DNA from: an uncultured Traorella sp.
Lineage (GTDB): Bacteria > Bacillota_I > Bacilli_A > Erysipelotrichales > Erysipelotrichaceae
DNA: 60,438 bases
Assembly: GCA_945919165.1 (NCBI GenBank)
Contig: CAMEIZ010000001.1
Coordinates: 1 to 60,438, forward strand
Direction: 5' to 3'
The notes beneath the pieces were generated by a model that saw nothing but the letters and a program-made list of their open reading frames with translations, was not told the origin of the DNA and ran no database searches. Position numbers and translations under genes: made by a program. Of this stretch, positions 21,095-31,015 are shown one piece after another. Each line of letters starts with the position of its first letter. Positions within the stretch are counted from its first letter, which is position 1.

Positions 21095-21979
21095 ATGAAA
21101 AACTTATTAAAAAACAAGAAAAAACTGCTTCTGTTGAGTATCTTTTTGATAGTATTTGTAGCAGGATGTAAGTCGTATGTTGATCCAACAACAAAAAAAG
21201 TAATGGAACAGTATATTATCTATCCAACTACACCATTTAGTGAAGTAATGCAGGAAGGATGGTTTGCAGGTATCTTCGTTTGGCCACTTGCTCAACTTAT
21301 TAATTTCTTCGGAGGATTGACCGATGCAGGTATCGGTATTCTGTTGTCAACAATTCTTGTAAATGCAGTAATTGCTGTATTCTCAATCAAATCTCAGATC
21401 CAATCACAGAAAATGCAGATGATGCAGCCTGAAATGCAAAAAATTCAGAAAAAATATGAAGGCAAAACTGATGACAATTCTAAAATGAGAATGGCACAGG
21501 AAACGCAGGCATTATATGCAAAATATCAGGTAAATCCTTTTTCATCAATTTTAATTATGTTTATCCAGCTTCCATTGCTGATGGCATTCTATTATGGTGT
21601 TCAAAGATCAAGCGTTGTTGTTAATGGTTCATTTTTAGGAATTGATTTAACTCATACACCAGGTGATGGTTTATCTGAAGGTTCTTGGGTCTATATTGTA
21701 ATCTGGGTAGCAATGATTCTTTTACAGATGCTGAGTATGAAAGTACCTACTTGGCTTGCAAAAAGAAAACAGAAAAAATCTGGTGTTAAGACAAAAGAAT
21801 ATGCTCAGGAAAAGAAATCTGGTATGGATCAGATGACTATGACAATGTTATTCTCTACAGGAATGATCGCGTGGATTGGATTTACATGGCCAATTGCTAT
21901 GTCATATTATTGGGGTGTTTCTTCATTAGTTCGTATTATTCAAAATATAGTGATTGATAAATTCTTCCTGAAAGATTAG
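21095..21979 (+). CDS. yidC: Membrane protein insertase YidC (lipoprotein type)
   Basis: VAGC lipobox, QPEMQKIQKKY, IQLPLL.AFY, YW. Confidence 0.94.
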   Translation: MKNLLKNKKKLLLLSIFLIVFVAGCKSYVDPTTKKVMEQYIIYPTTPFSEVMQEGWFAGIFVWPLAQLINFFGGLTDAGIGILLSTILVNAVIAVFSIKSQIQSQKMQMMQPEMQKIQKKYEGKTDDNSKMRMAQETQALYAKYQVNPFSSILIMFIQLPLLMAFYYGVQRSSVVVNGSFLGIDLTHTPGDGLSEGSWVYIVIWVAMILLQMLSMKVPTWLAKRKQKKSGVKTKEYAQEKKSGMDQMTMTMLFSTGMIAWIGFTWPIAMSYYWGVSSLVRIIQNIVIDKFFLKD

Positions 21980-21987
21980 GTGGCATT

Positions 21988-22602
21988 ATGAAAAAGTATG
22001 TTGCGAAAAATCTTGATGAAGCATTAGCAAATGCTGCTGCAGATAAAGGATGCAGTATTGAAAATTTAACTTATACAATTTTAGAAGAAAAACAAGGTCT
22101 TTTAGGATTTGGCAGTAAAGTTGAAATTGAAGCTTATTTTGATGGTGATATTGCTCAGTTTATCAAAGACTATTTGAATACTTATTTTGAAGGCATCGAT
22201 ATGAAAGTTGATGTTGAATGTCATAAGGAAGACTATTATTTTAAAGTTGAATTGAATGCAGAAAATAATGCAATTCTAATAGGAAGAAATGGAGCAACAC
22301 TACAGGATATCAATAATGTAGTAAAAGCTGCTGCTTCAAGTAAATTTAAGAAACGAGTTATCGTAGTCAGTGATATTAACGGTTATAAGGAAGAAAAATA
22401 TCAAAAAGAATGCTCTATTGCATTACGAGTTGCTAAAACAGTACAAAAAACAAAAGTGAATGCTTCCTTAGATCCAATGCCAAATGATGAAAGAAAAGCG
22501 GTTCATTCTTATTTAGTAAACATGCCAAAAATTCGCACAGTCAGCGAAGGAGACGGAAAAGATCGTCATATTGTAATTGTTTACGATGAAAATAAACATT
22601 AG
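21988..22602 (+). CDS. jag: Jag/KhpB RNA-binding protein (Jag_N, KH, R3H)
   Basis: GLLGFG, LIGRNGATL, PMPNDERKAVH, SEG. Confidence 0.93.
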   Translation: MKKYVAKNLDEALANAAADKGCSIENLTYTILEEKQGLLGFGSKVEIEAYFDGDIAQFIKDYLNTYFEGIDMKVDVECHKEDYYFKVELNAENNAILIGRNGATLQDINNVVKAAASSKFKKRVIVVSDINGYKEEKYQKECSIALRVAKTVQKTKVNASLDPMPNDERKAVHSYLVNMPKIRTVSEGDGKDRHIVIVYDENKH

Positions 22603-22628
22603 AAGCCAATTGGCTTCTTTTATTTTTT
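22601..22628 (+). terminator. Terminator after jag
   Basis: AGAAGCCAATTGGCTTCT followed by T-rich tract. Confidence 0.6.
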
Positions 22629-23885
22629 AATTTCTAGATGATTTAATAAATATTCTAATTGTTTTATCTGATATTTGTTTTTAGCTTCAAGAGTAATTTG
22701 TAGAGCAGCAGAAAATTCATCATTGTGATCAAATTCATGAATATTTAAAGAAAACTGTTGATGAAAAATAAAAAGTTCAGGATAATTCAACTGTATCAGC
22801 AAGGCTAATTGAGATAAAGGGATGTCTTGAAGATAATTGATTTTTTCTTCATAGGTTAAATCATTTTGAAATATTTCTGAGATTTCATATATATTTAAAG
22901 AACTCTGAAGAAGTAATTGTACTCGACAATCTGAATGTGAGAACTCATCTAAGAATTTTTCAAATGAGGAAAAAGTATGATCATCCTGAAGAATGACATT
23001 TACTTTTGATCTTTGAGAATGAATGAGAAATGCATTTGGATTATTTTTCATTTGAGTGAATTTAAGAATAAGTTGATTTTTGTTTTTACTTAAATAATGG
23101 ACGATATCAAGAGGAAAGATTTGTTGCATTGTCTGATAAAATTCATCTGTTTTTTTAACATAATCTAAATGATTCAATAAAGAGCTGTCAATTTCATCTT
23201 CAAATAAGATAGATAATTTCTGGTTTATAAAATAATTTCCAGCAAATTGAATCAATACTGTTTCACAAAGATTTATCTGTAAATCAGAGTATGAACACTG
23301 CATAAAATGTTCAAAGTGATCATAGAAATCATCAAGTTCATGCTCAAAATAATGAATGAATTGATTTTCCAGAATTAAACGGTCCATATATTCGTTTACT
23401 AAATCTAATCCTTTCTTATGGTACATATCATGATATAAGGGTAAACCATCTAGGAGAGGATAATCTAAATCATGATGTACAAAAGCATAACGGAATATAC
23501 GAAAAGGAGTGTTTAATGCATATAAATATTCATGAAGCTGTTGAAGTATTTCGTTATATTGTGATAAACGATAAAGATATGAATCTTGTACAAGTTTCTG
23601 ATATTTTGTGAGTGCTTCATCTTTTTTTATTTCTAGGACAGATAAACCTTCATTAAAAATGTTTTGAATAGAATCCTGATAATTATGATGTAATAAAAAT
23701 GATTGCAAACAAATATAGTCAATTGAACAGATAATTCTTTGATAATTTCTTTTTGATAATGAAGAACTATTTTCATGATTAAATTGTAAAATAAGCTTTT
23801 TAATCATATTATGATATTGAATTTTTTGTTTATGATTAAGTTTTGCTTTTGAAATAAGCAGATGAGAAGATTTAATTTGATTCAT
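22620..23885 (-). CDS. Uncharacterised protein, DUF6179-like
   Basis: N-terminal SSSL..SIDY and LDYPLL...GLDLVNEYMDRLILENQF resemble DUF6179 as recalled. Confidence 0.65.
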   Translation of the reverse strand: MNQIKSSHLLISKAKLNHKQKIQYHNMIKKLILQFNHENSSSLSKRNYQRIICSIDYICLQSFLLHHNYQDSIQNIFNEGLSVLEIKKDEALTKYQKLVQDSYLYRLSQYNEILQQLHEYLYALNTPFRIFRYAFVHHDLDYPLLDGLPLYHDMYHKKGLDLVNEYMDRLILENQFIHYFEHELDDFYDHFEHFMQCSYSDLQINLCETVLIQFAGNYFINQKLSILFEDEIDSSLLNHLDYVKKTDEFYQTMQQIFPLDIVHYLSKNKNQLILKFTQMKNNPNAFLIHSQRSKVNVILQDDHTFSSFEKFLDEFSHSDCRVQLLLQSSLNIYEISEIFQNDLTYEEKINYLQDIPLSQLALLIQLNYPELFIFHQQFSLNIHEFDHNDEFSAALQITLEAKNKYQIKQLEYLLNHLEIKK

Positions 23886-23886
23886 A

Positions 23887-24255
23887 TTATCTCCTTTTAA
23901 GTGATTGAATAGTAGTATAGGCTAATTCTGTATTGAGTTCTCCATGAGAATTAAATTGATTGAATAGTTCAGTAAGAATGATTTCATCACTGTATGAAGA
24001 AGATAAATGAGAACGAATGCCATAATAGCAGAAAATGATTCCTTGTAAAAGGAAGAGATAATTATTTTGATTTAAATAAGAAGATTCAGAAAATTTTGTT
24101 ATAATTTTATTAAGAATTGATAAATCACTTTCAACCCAGTTAAAATGTAAAACAGCATGATGTAACTCCTGTTTCAGTTTGTTAAAGTCTTCTTTAGAAA
24201 TTTGATATCCATGAATTGTAAGTTGTTGATTTATTTGCGTTATAATTGAATTCAT
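23887..24255 (-). CDS. Uncharacterised protein, DUF6323-like
   Basis: INQQL..HGYQIS, WVE, KII.KFS.S.YL; GGAGG RBS; 1 nt from the DUF6179-like gene. Confidence 0.6.
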   Translation of the reverse strand: MNSIITQINQQLTIHGYQISKEDFNKLKQELHHAVLHFNWVESDLSILNKIITKFSESSYLNQNNYLFLLQGIIFCYYGIRSHLSSSYSDEIILTELFNQFNSHGELNTELAYTTIQSLKRR

Positions 24256-24488
24256 ATATACCTCCCAATATTTACTACCATGAGGACAGTTAAATTACAA
24301 TTCTTGAAATTTTGCTGTTTTTGTGGTATTATACAAACAGAAATAAGAATAACTTTTAAAAGTTTTTTTTACAAAATTTTTAAAAATAACTAGACTTTAA
24401 AATTTACAGGAATTATAATATCAACGAAAATCATAATTTATATAAAATTTAAAAATTACTAAAAATATGTATATCAATGGAGGAAAAA

Positions 24489-25388
24489 ATGAAGAAAAGA
24501 GTACTAATCTTAATTTGTTTCGCATTTTTTGTATTATTAACAGGTTTTTTATTTTATAAGATGAAATTACCTGTACAAGCCAATAAAAATTCTCAGATTG
24601 TAGTTACAGTTGTTGATGAAAAAGAAAATGAATTAGGAAATCTAATTGATGCTTACCTTGAAGAAAATCAAGTGGATAAAGATAGAATCGCTATTTATGT
24701 AAAAAGTTATTATGTAAATGAGGAATACACTTGGAATATACAAAAAGAATTTGTTGCTGCCAGTACGTATAAATTGCCTTTAGCCATGAAATATTATGAA
24801 ATGTCAGCAAATGGTGAAATTAATTTAAATGATACACTTGTTTTTACTGCTCATGATTATGAAAGCGGTGGACCGGTTGGTTACTATCCTTTTAATACCA
24901 CCTTTACGATGAATACATTATTGGAGTATATGATTGTATATTCAGATAATTCTGCTGCACATATTTTATTTAACAATTTGGGTGGTTGGGAAAGCTATAA
25001 AAAAGCAATTCAAAAATATACAACTCATGATGTAAGTGAAAATTATTATATTCACAAAAATATCATTACAGCACAATATTTGTCTGATGCCTTAGATTAT
25101 TTATATCGTCATCAGGACATTTATACAAAACTCATTCAAGATATGCAAAATGCCATGCCATCTGAGTATTTAAATCTTTATCTTCCAAATGTAACGGCTC
25201 AGAAATATGGATGTTATGACTGGGCACAGAATTCAGCAGGTATTGTTTTTTCAAATTATCCATACAGTATTGTAGTGCTGACAAGTTTAGGCAGTAAAGG
25301 AATCGAGCATATGGGGCATATTAATGAAATTTGTTATGATTATTTTGTTAGTAAAAATTATTTGAAATATCCTGTAACACATGAATAA
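24489..25388 (+). CDS. Membrane-anchored serine hydrolase (class A beta-lactamase/PBP-like fold)
   Basis: N-terminal TM; ASTYK (SxxK), SDN, KYG. Confidence 0.85.
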   Translation: MKKRVLILICFAFFVLLTGFLFYKMKLPVQANKNSQIVVTVVDEKENELGNLIDAYLEENQVDKDRIAIYVKSYYVNEEYTWNIQKEFVAASTYKLPLAMKYYEMSANGEINLNDTLVFTAHDYESGGPVGYYPFNTTFTMNTLLEYMIVYSDNSAAHILFNNLGGWESYKKAIQKYTTHDVSENYYIHKNIITAQYLSDALDYLYRHQDIYTKLIQDMQNAMPSEYLNLYLPNVTAQKYGCYDWAQNSAGIVFSNYPYSIVVLTSLGSKGIEHMGHINEICYDYFVSKNYLKYPVTHE

Positions 25389-25429
25389 TAAAAAAATAGA
25401 AATTAATGAAATATCCGTATGATCATTGA

Positions 25430-26286
25430 TCATACGGATATGTTTTTTTGAATGAACTTTGCAGTCATTTCAGGTTGATTTTGATGGGCATTGTGATCCA
25501 TATTCTCCATACGAATGATTTTACAATGTGAAAATGACTGGAATTTTAATGCTAATTGAGTTCGAATTTCATCCATTTCTTTAGGTAAAGTTGCAATGAA
25601 AAGCAAAATGTTTGAATTTGAATAATCAAGTGAAGAAAGATATTCAAAAAGTGAATACATAAAATGAAGAATCTTTGGTATTTCATGGATTGACAGATGA
25701 TAGATTAATGAACCATCTTTTTCAATCATATAATACTCTTGTATTTCTTCTGATGATAAATCTATATTCATCTCTTTATAGAAAGACAAACAAGCAGCTT
25801 GATCAGGAAAAGAAAGCTGTTGTATTTCTTTGACACATTGTTCAATGTCCTCATTTATTGATTTTGGAAGAAATTGAAGATTATTGTGAGAAGAAATATA
25901 ATCATAAAGAGCATGGAAATCATGATAGCCGCCATCTAATGAAAGACATTGGATTACTTTATCTTTTAGGTGTAAAGCTGTTAATATCGCGATAGCTCCT
26001 CCATAAGAATGACCCAGTACATAAAAGTGAGTTAAATTTAAATCTTCAAAGAGTTCATTTAATAAAAGTATAATCTTTTCAGGTGAATAGTGATGAAGTG
26101 AAGATGTTTTTCCATGACCGAAAAGATCAATAACATAGAAATGATATTTAGTGAGTATGTAGATAGTGAAAGGAAATTTAAACCGGTATCTCCAAGACCT
26201 GGAAAACAAACAAGAATTTCTTCAGAGAAAGTATTGTATTCTGTAACACCAAATGTATGATGTTTTGTAGTAATGATAGATTTCAT
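25430..26286 (-). pseudogene. Alpha/beta hydrolase split by a frameshift near 26155
   Basis: Frame 1 MKSII...FPGLGDTGLNFLSLST continues in frame 2 as LTKYHFYVIDLFGHG...GHSYGG...MDH. Confidence 0.8.
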
Positions 26287-26287
26287 T

Positions 26288-26986
26288 TTATTTTCCTTTA
26301 AGTTTTCTGATTTCATTTTCATTTAATAGACGATATTGTCCTTCAGCAACATCTAAATGCAGATTCATAAAACGAACTCTTTTCAGTGAAATAACATGGT
26401 AATTTAATTTTGAACACATTCTTCGTATTTGTCGATTATAGCCTTGTGTTAAAATAATTGAAAACTTATGGCTGTTGATTGGTTGACAGGTACAAGGAAG
26501 TGTTATGACATAAGAATTATTGACAGGATTATAAATCTTGACTCCAGACGACATTTTTTTAATAAATTCTGGTGTTATTTTTTTGTCGACTTCAACAATA
26601 TACTCTTTTTCATGTTTGTTTTCTGCACGAAGACATTGATTGACAAGATCACCTTCATTAGTTAAAAGAATAAGACCTGTACTATCTTTGTCTAAACGAC
26701 CAATTGGAAAAATTCTTTCCGGATAATGTATAAAATCAATGATATTATCTACAACATCATGTTGTGTTGTGCATGTTATGCCAAGCGGTTTATTGAAAAG
26801 AAGAACGATAGATTTACTTTTTGGTTGAATGAAATGACCGTTAATTTCAACTTGATCATGTTCCTCAACAAGACTGTGAAGCTGAGCAATTTTACCATTA
26901 ATAGTAACTTGATTGTTTTGAATATACTCTTCAGCTTTTCTTCGCGAACAAAAACCGCTGGATGCAATATATTTATTAATTCTCAT
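26288..26986 (-). CDS. RsuA/RluF-family pseudouridine synthase
   Basis: S4 domain MRINKYI..SRRKA, GRLDKDSTG, QGYNRQIRRM. Confidence 0.92.
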   Translation of the reverse strand: MRINKYIASSGFCSRRKAEEYIQNNQVTINGKIAQLHSLVEEHDQVEINGHFIQPKSKSIVLLFNKPLGITCTTQHDVVDNIIDFIHYPERIFPIGRLDKDSTGLILLTNEGDLVNQCLRAENKHEKEYIVEVDKKITPEFIKKMSSGVKIYNPVNNSYVITLPCTCQPINSHKFSIILTQGYNRQIRRMCSKLNYHVISLKRVRFMNLHLDVAEGQYRLLNENEIRKLKGK

Positions 26987-28826
26987 AACCCAGAATAGCT
27001 TTCTTTAAAGCTAAATAAGTATCTGATTTGTCATAATGACATTGATTTTCTCTAAAATCACTTCCAAAGCATCCTCTTGATACCATGACAATAGGTGGAG
27101 TTTGAAGTCGTTTAAAGACACCTAATTCAAATTTATTCAAAATCCATTCAAGATCTTCAATGAAAGCTTTAGGATCATCAAGACCATAATAGCGAATCCA
27201 TTTTCCTAAATCAGTTTTGTAAATAGAACCATCAAGATATTGTTTCATCAGTTTTTCAATACCATAACCGGGATATTCAGTTAATCGTTGAATTAATTCA
27301 TCATGATAAAACCATTTCATAGGATCTTTCTGATTATTTTTAAGTTCAGCACTAGGAGGCATTTCCCATCTGACTGTATCACCAATTATTTCAGGCAAAA
27401 GATTGTGCGGAATAACTTCTTTCCCAAAATGAGCATTGATACTTCTGGCAATATCAAATAATTCAACTTTGGTTATATCTTGAAGTGGTGCAAGACAGCC
27501 AATTGTATCTCCATATAAAGTAGCATATCCTAAAGCACCTTCAACTTTATTTCCGTTATTGATAATAACACCGTTTTCAATTTGACTTATGGCACCTAAA
27601 ATTGATCCGCGGATGCGTGCCTGGATATTTTCAATGGCAAACTCAGTGATGTCATTTTCTGTATATTGTTGTAAGCATTGTAACTGTTCTTCAACGAGTT
27701 TTTGTATGACACCATCACGACAATCGATTCCTAATGTTGAAGCAAGTCTGTGGGCATTGTCAATGGTGGTAGAGGAATTATACTTTGTGGCCATATTTAA
27801 GCCAATGACACGATCCTTTCCTAAACTCATACAAAGAAGTGCAGCATTAACACTGCTGTCAAGACCACCGGATAGACCAATAATCCATTTGAATCGCTTA
27901 TTGAATACTTGCTCATCAAATTGTCTAATGGCACAACATAATGCATTCATCAGTTTATCGCGGCATTTCTCTGCTTGATTAATTTCGTTAATTTCTACAA
28001 TTTTGCATTCTTCTTGAAAAGAATCATTACAGCTTGATAGACAATCTCCTTGAGAATTGTAAATAGAACTATCACCATCAAAAATACATACTGTTTTTGA
28101 TGTATTCTGCATACCGACAGCATTTACATAAATAAATGGCGGCATATTTGAAAGAGCGTGACGTTTGATTTGTTTTTCACGTCCTTTTTCTTTATTTCTT
28201 GTCCATGGTGAAGAAGAAATATTGACGATGAAATCACAGTTATTTTTTATATATTGTGAAGTTGGATCAAATTGATAGTCTTTACTCCATAGATCTTCAC
28301 AGATTTCACAGCCAATGCGATAAGTTTGACCCTCTTTTTCAAATAAAAAGCAAGAAGTAAGAGCTTCATCACTTATCTGTAATTTTTTAGCTAGTTCAAG
28401 AGCAGATAAAAAGTATCTGCTATCATCAAAAACACGATAATCAGGATTTAAGCATTTGATATATTCTCCTTCAAATAATCCGTGTTCTCTTTTGACCCAT
28501 TTTTGATTTGAAGCAAAAAAAGCACAGTTACAGCGTACTTTTCTTCCATCACGACCAACAATATCATCAAGTGTAGTAACATTTCCCCAGATTATACCGA
28601 TACCGTCACTGGCTTCCTTTAAAACTTCATTATAAGCAAGTGCCGTTTCAATAAAAGCTTCATCCAGCCATTTATCAGCCAGTAAATATCCGGTAACACA
28701 TAATTCAGGAAAAACAATTAAATCAGCATGTTCTTGTTTTGCTTTTTGAATCATGGTTAGCATAGTTTCAATATTTTTTGACATTTTGCCTGCATGAACA
28801 TCCATCTGTCCCATTGCAATTTTCAT
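26976..28826 (-). CDS. nadE: Glutamine-dependent NAD+ synthetase
   Basis: CN-hydrolase FPEL, ICEDLW; synthetase GLSGGLDS, ENIQARIRG, PSAEL. Confidence 0.93.
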   Translation of the reverse strand: MKIAMGQMDVHAGKMSKNIETMLTMIQKAKQEHADLIVFPELCVTGYLLADKWLDEAFIETALAYNEVLKEASDGIGIIWGNVTTLDDIVGRDGRKVRCNCAFFASNQKWVKREHGLFEGEYIKCLNPDYRVFDDSRYFLSALELAKKLQISDEALTSCFLFEKEGQTYRIGCEICEDLWSKDYQFDPTSQYIKNNCDFIVNISSSPWTRNKEKGREKQIKRHALSNMPPFIYVNAVGMQNTSKTVCIFDGDSSIYNSQGDCLSSCNDSFQEECKIVEINEINQAEKCRDKLMNALCCAIRQFDEQVFNKRFKWIIGLSGGLDSSVNAALLCMSLGKDRVIGLNMATKYNSSTTIDNAHRLASTLGIDCRDGVIQKLVEEQLQCLQQYTENDITEFAIENIQARIRGSILGAISQIENGVIINNGNKVEGALGYATLYGDTIGCLAPLQDITKVELFDIARSINAHFGKEVIPHNLLPEIIGDTVRWEMPPSAELKNNQKDPMKWFYHDELIQRLTEYPGYGIEKLMKQYLDGSIYKTDLGKWIRYYGLDDPKAFIEDLEWILNKFELGVFKRLQTPPIVMVSRGCFGSDFRENQCHYDKSDTYLALKKAILGYEN

Positions 28827-28892
28827 AGATATCACCCACTTAATTCTACCACACAATAAGATAAATATGAAAAAAAAGAATTGATTTCGATA

Positions 28893-28912
28893 TTTCCTCT
28901 TTTAAGTGGAAA
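28893..28912 (+). promoter_or_regulatory. Putative LicR/CelR-type activator site
   Basis: TTTCC-N10-GGAAA upstream of TAGAAT -10 (28944-28949) of the PTS operon. Confidence 0.55.
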
Positions 28913-28975
28913 AAGTATATTTTAACTTTTATCTGGAATTTTATAGAATGCAGATGAAAAGAAAAGGAGGTCATT

Positions 28976-29299
28976 ATGAAACTAGATGCAGAACAGTATT
29001 CATTTCAACTTATTTTACATAGCGGTAATGCTCGAAGCATGGCTTATGAGGCATTAGGTCTTGTGAAGAATAAGCAAACTGAAGAAGGAGAAGAGCTTTA
29101 TAAGAAAGCAAAAGAAGAATTGATTGAAGCACAGAAAATTCATGCGCAAATGTTGCGGATTATGGCAAGTCATACAGAAAATTTGGATATCAATCTGCTT
29201 TTGATACATGCAGAAGATCATATTGCTTCAAGTTCAGTTGCCTGTGAAATGACAAAAGAATTCATTGAATTATATAAGAAAGTGGGACATTTGATATGA
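28976..29299 (+). CDS. PTS lactose/cellobiose-family IIA
   Basis: ILHSGNARS, LLIHAEDH. Confidence 0.93.
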   Translation: MKLDAEQYSFQLILHSGNARSMAYEALGLVKNKQTEEGEELYKKAKEELIEAQKIHAQMLRIMASHTENLDINLLLIHAEDHIASSSVACEMTKEFIELYKKVGHLI

Positions 29300-30690
29300 A
29301 AGACTTTTTATGGGGCGGTGCAAGCGCTTCTTATCAATGCGAAGGAGCCTGGCAAGAAGATGACCGTGTTGAGTCTATGTGGGATCATTATCTTCATGAA
29401 AATAATTTAGAAAATGGTGATGTGGCTAGTGATCATTATCATCGTTTTGAAGAAGATATCCGCATGATGAAGGAAGGCGGTCAAAATGCTTATCGTTTAT
29501 CGCTGGCATGGCCGAGAATTATTAAAAATCGTGAAGGTGAAATCAATCAAAAAGGAATTTCTTTTTATAGAAGAGTATTTGAAACATGTCGTAAATATGA
29601 TATTGAACCATTTGTGACGGTTTATCATTGGGATTTACCGCAATATTTAGAAGAAAAAGGTGGATGGCTAAATGAAGAAACAGCTTATGCTTATGAACAC
29701 TATGCCAAAGTTTGTTTTGAAGCCTTTCATGATCTTGTGAAAGAATGGGTAACATTTAATGAACCAAAATGGTTTGTATGCAGTGGCTATCTAATTGGAA
29801 ACTATCCTCCGTGTCATAAAAGTCCTCAAGATACAATTACAGCTGCTTTCAATGTCATGTATGCAAGTGCTTTAGGAGTAAAAGCTTTCAGGGAAGGTAA
29901 ATATCCTGGAAAGATTGGAATAGTTCACAGTTTTACTCCAATTAATGGAGTTGATGGTACTTTAGCAACTAAAATTGCTATGCGTTATGCAGATAATTAC
30001 TGTAATAACTGGATTTTGGATACAGCAGCAAAAGGTGAAATTCCAATCGATTTATTGACAACCTTATCTAAGAAATATGATTTATCCATGATTACTGAAA
30101 AGCATTTAAAAGTAATTAAAGAAAATAAAGTAGATTTTTTAGGATTGAATTATTATTCTCGTGCTTTAGTGAAACCTTACAGCAGTGGAGAAACTACTTT
30201 AGTTGTTAATAATTCCGGTAAAAAAGGAAAAGGTACAAGTAAGGTCATCATTAAAGATTGGTTTGAACAGGTATATGATCCAAATTCAACTTACACGGAA
30301 TGGGATACTGAAATATATCCGAAAGGACTTCAAGAAGGTTTAAAAGAAGTATGGGAGAAATATCATTTACCAATCTATATTACTGAAAATGGTGTTGGTA
30401 TGTATGAAGATGTTACAGTTGATCAGGTTCAGGATGATTATCGTATTGAATTTATGAATGACCATATTAATGCCATGTTGAATGCAAAAGATGATGGTGT
30501 TGATATCAGAGGCTATTTTGCATGGAGTCCATTTGATTTATATTCATGGAAAAATGGCTGTGAAAAACGATATGGTTTAGTTGCTATTGATTTTGATCAT
30601 GGATTGGTGCGTAAACCAAAGAAGAGTTATTTCTGGTATAAAGAAATGATTGAAAGCAATGCAGAAACAATAAAAAGAAAAAGACTTTAG
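29296..30690 (+). CDS. GH1 6-phospho-beta-glucosidase
   Basis: FLWGGA, TFNEP, YITENG, YSW.NG.EKRYG. Confidence 0.93.
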   Translation: MKDFLWGGASASYQCEGAWQEDDRVESMWDHYLHENNLENGDVASDHYHRFEEDIRMMKEGGQNAYRLSLAWPRIIKNREGEINQKGISFYRRVFETCRKYDIEPFVTVYHWDLPQYLEEKGGWLNEETAYAYEHYAKVCFEAFHDLVKEWVTFNEPKWFVCSGYLIGNYPPCHKSPQDTITAAFNVMYASALGVKAFREGKYPGKIGIVHSFTPINGVDGTLATKIAMRYADNYCNNWILDTAAKGEIPIDLLTTLSKKYDLSMITEKHLKVIKENKVDFLGLNYYSRALVKPYSSGETTLVVNNSGKKGKGTSKVIIKDWFEQVYDPNSTYTEWDTEIYPKGLQEGLKEVWEKYHLPIYITENGVGMYEDVTVDQVQDDYRIEFMNDHINAMLNAKDDGVDIRGYFAWSPFDLYSWKNGCEKRYGLVAIDFDHGLVRKPKKSYFWYKEMIESNAETIKRKRL

Positions 30691-30702
30691 GAGGTGAAAA
30701 AA

Positions 30703-30993
30703 ATGAGAAAAGTCATGCTTGTATGTAATGCTGGAATGTCAACAGGAATTCTTGCGAAAAGAATTGAAGAAGCAAGTGAAGGACAGCTACAGGTTCGTGC
30801 TTATGGTGAGGCTGAATATGCGGACAATTTAGATGGGGTAGAATTGATTTTAGTAGGACCACAGCTTCGTCATCAAATTCCAACCATAAAAAAGAATGTG
30901 ACAGTTCCTGTTCAATCAATTCCACCAAAGTATTATGGACTTATGGATGGAAAAGGTGTATTTAAAGAAATTAAAAAATTATTAGAAATGTAA
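30703..30993 (+). CDS. PTS cellobiose-family IIB
   Basis: LVCNAGMST, GPQ. Confidence 0.93.
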   Translation: MRKVMLVCNAGMSTGILAKRIEEASEGQLQVRAYGEAEYADNLDGVELILVGPQLRHQIPTIKKNVTVPVQSIPPKYYGLMDGKGVFKEIKKLLEM

Positions 30994-31015
30994 TGGAAAA
31001 GAGAGGAGATAAAAC

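Noticed and set aside
24300-24476. AT-rich palindromes in the divergent intergenic region
   Set aside because: Almost entirely A/T, expected by chance; explained by promoter elements
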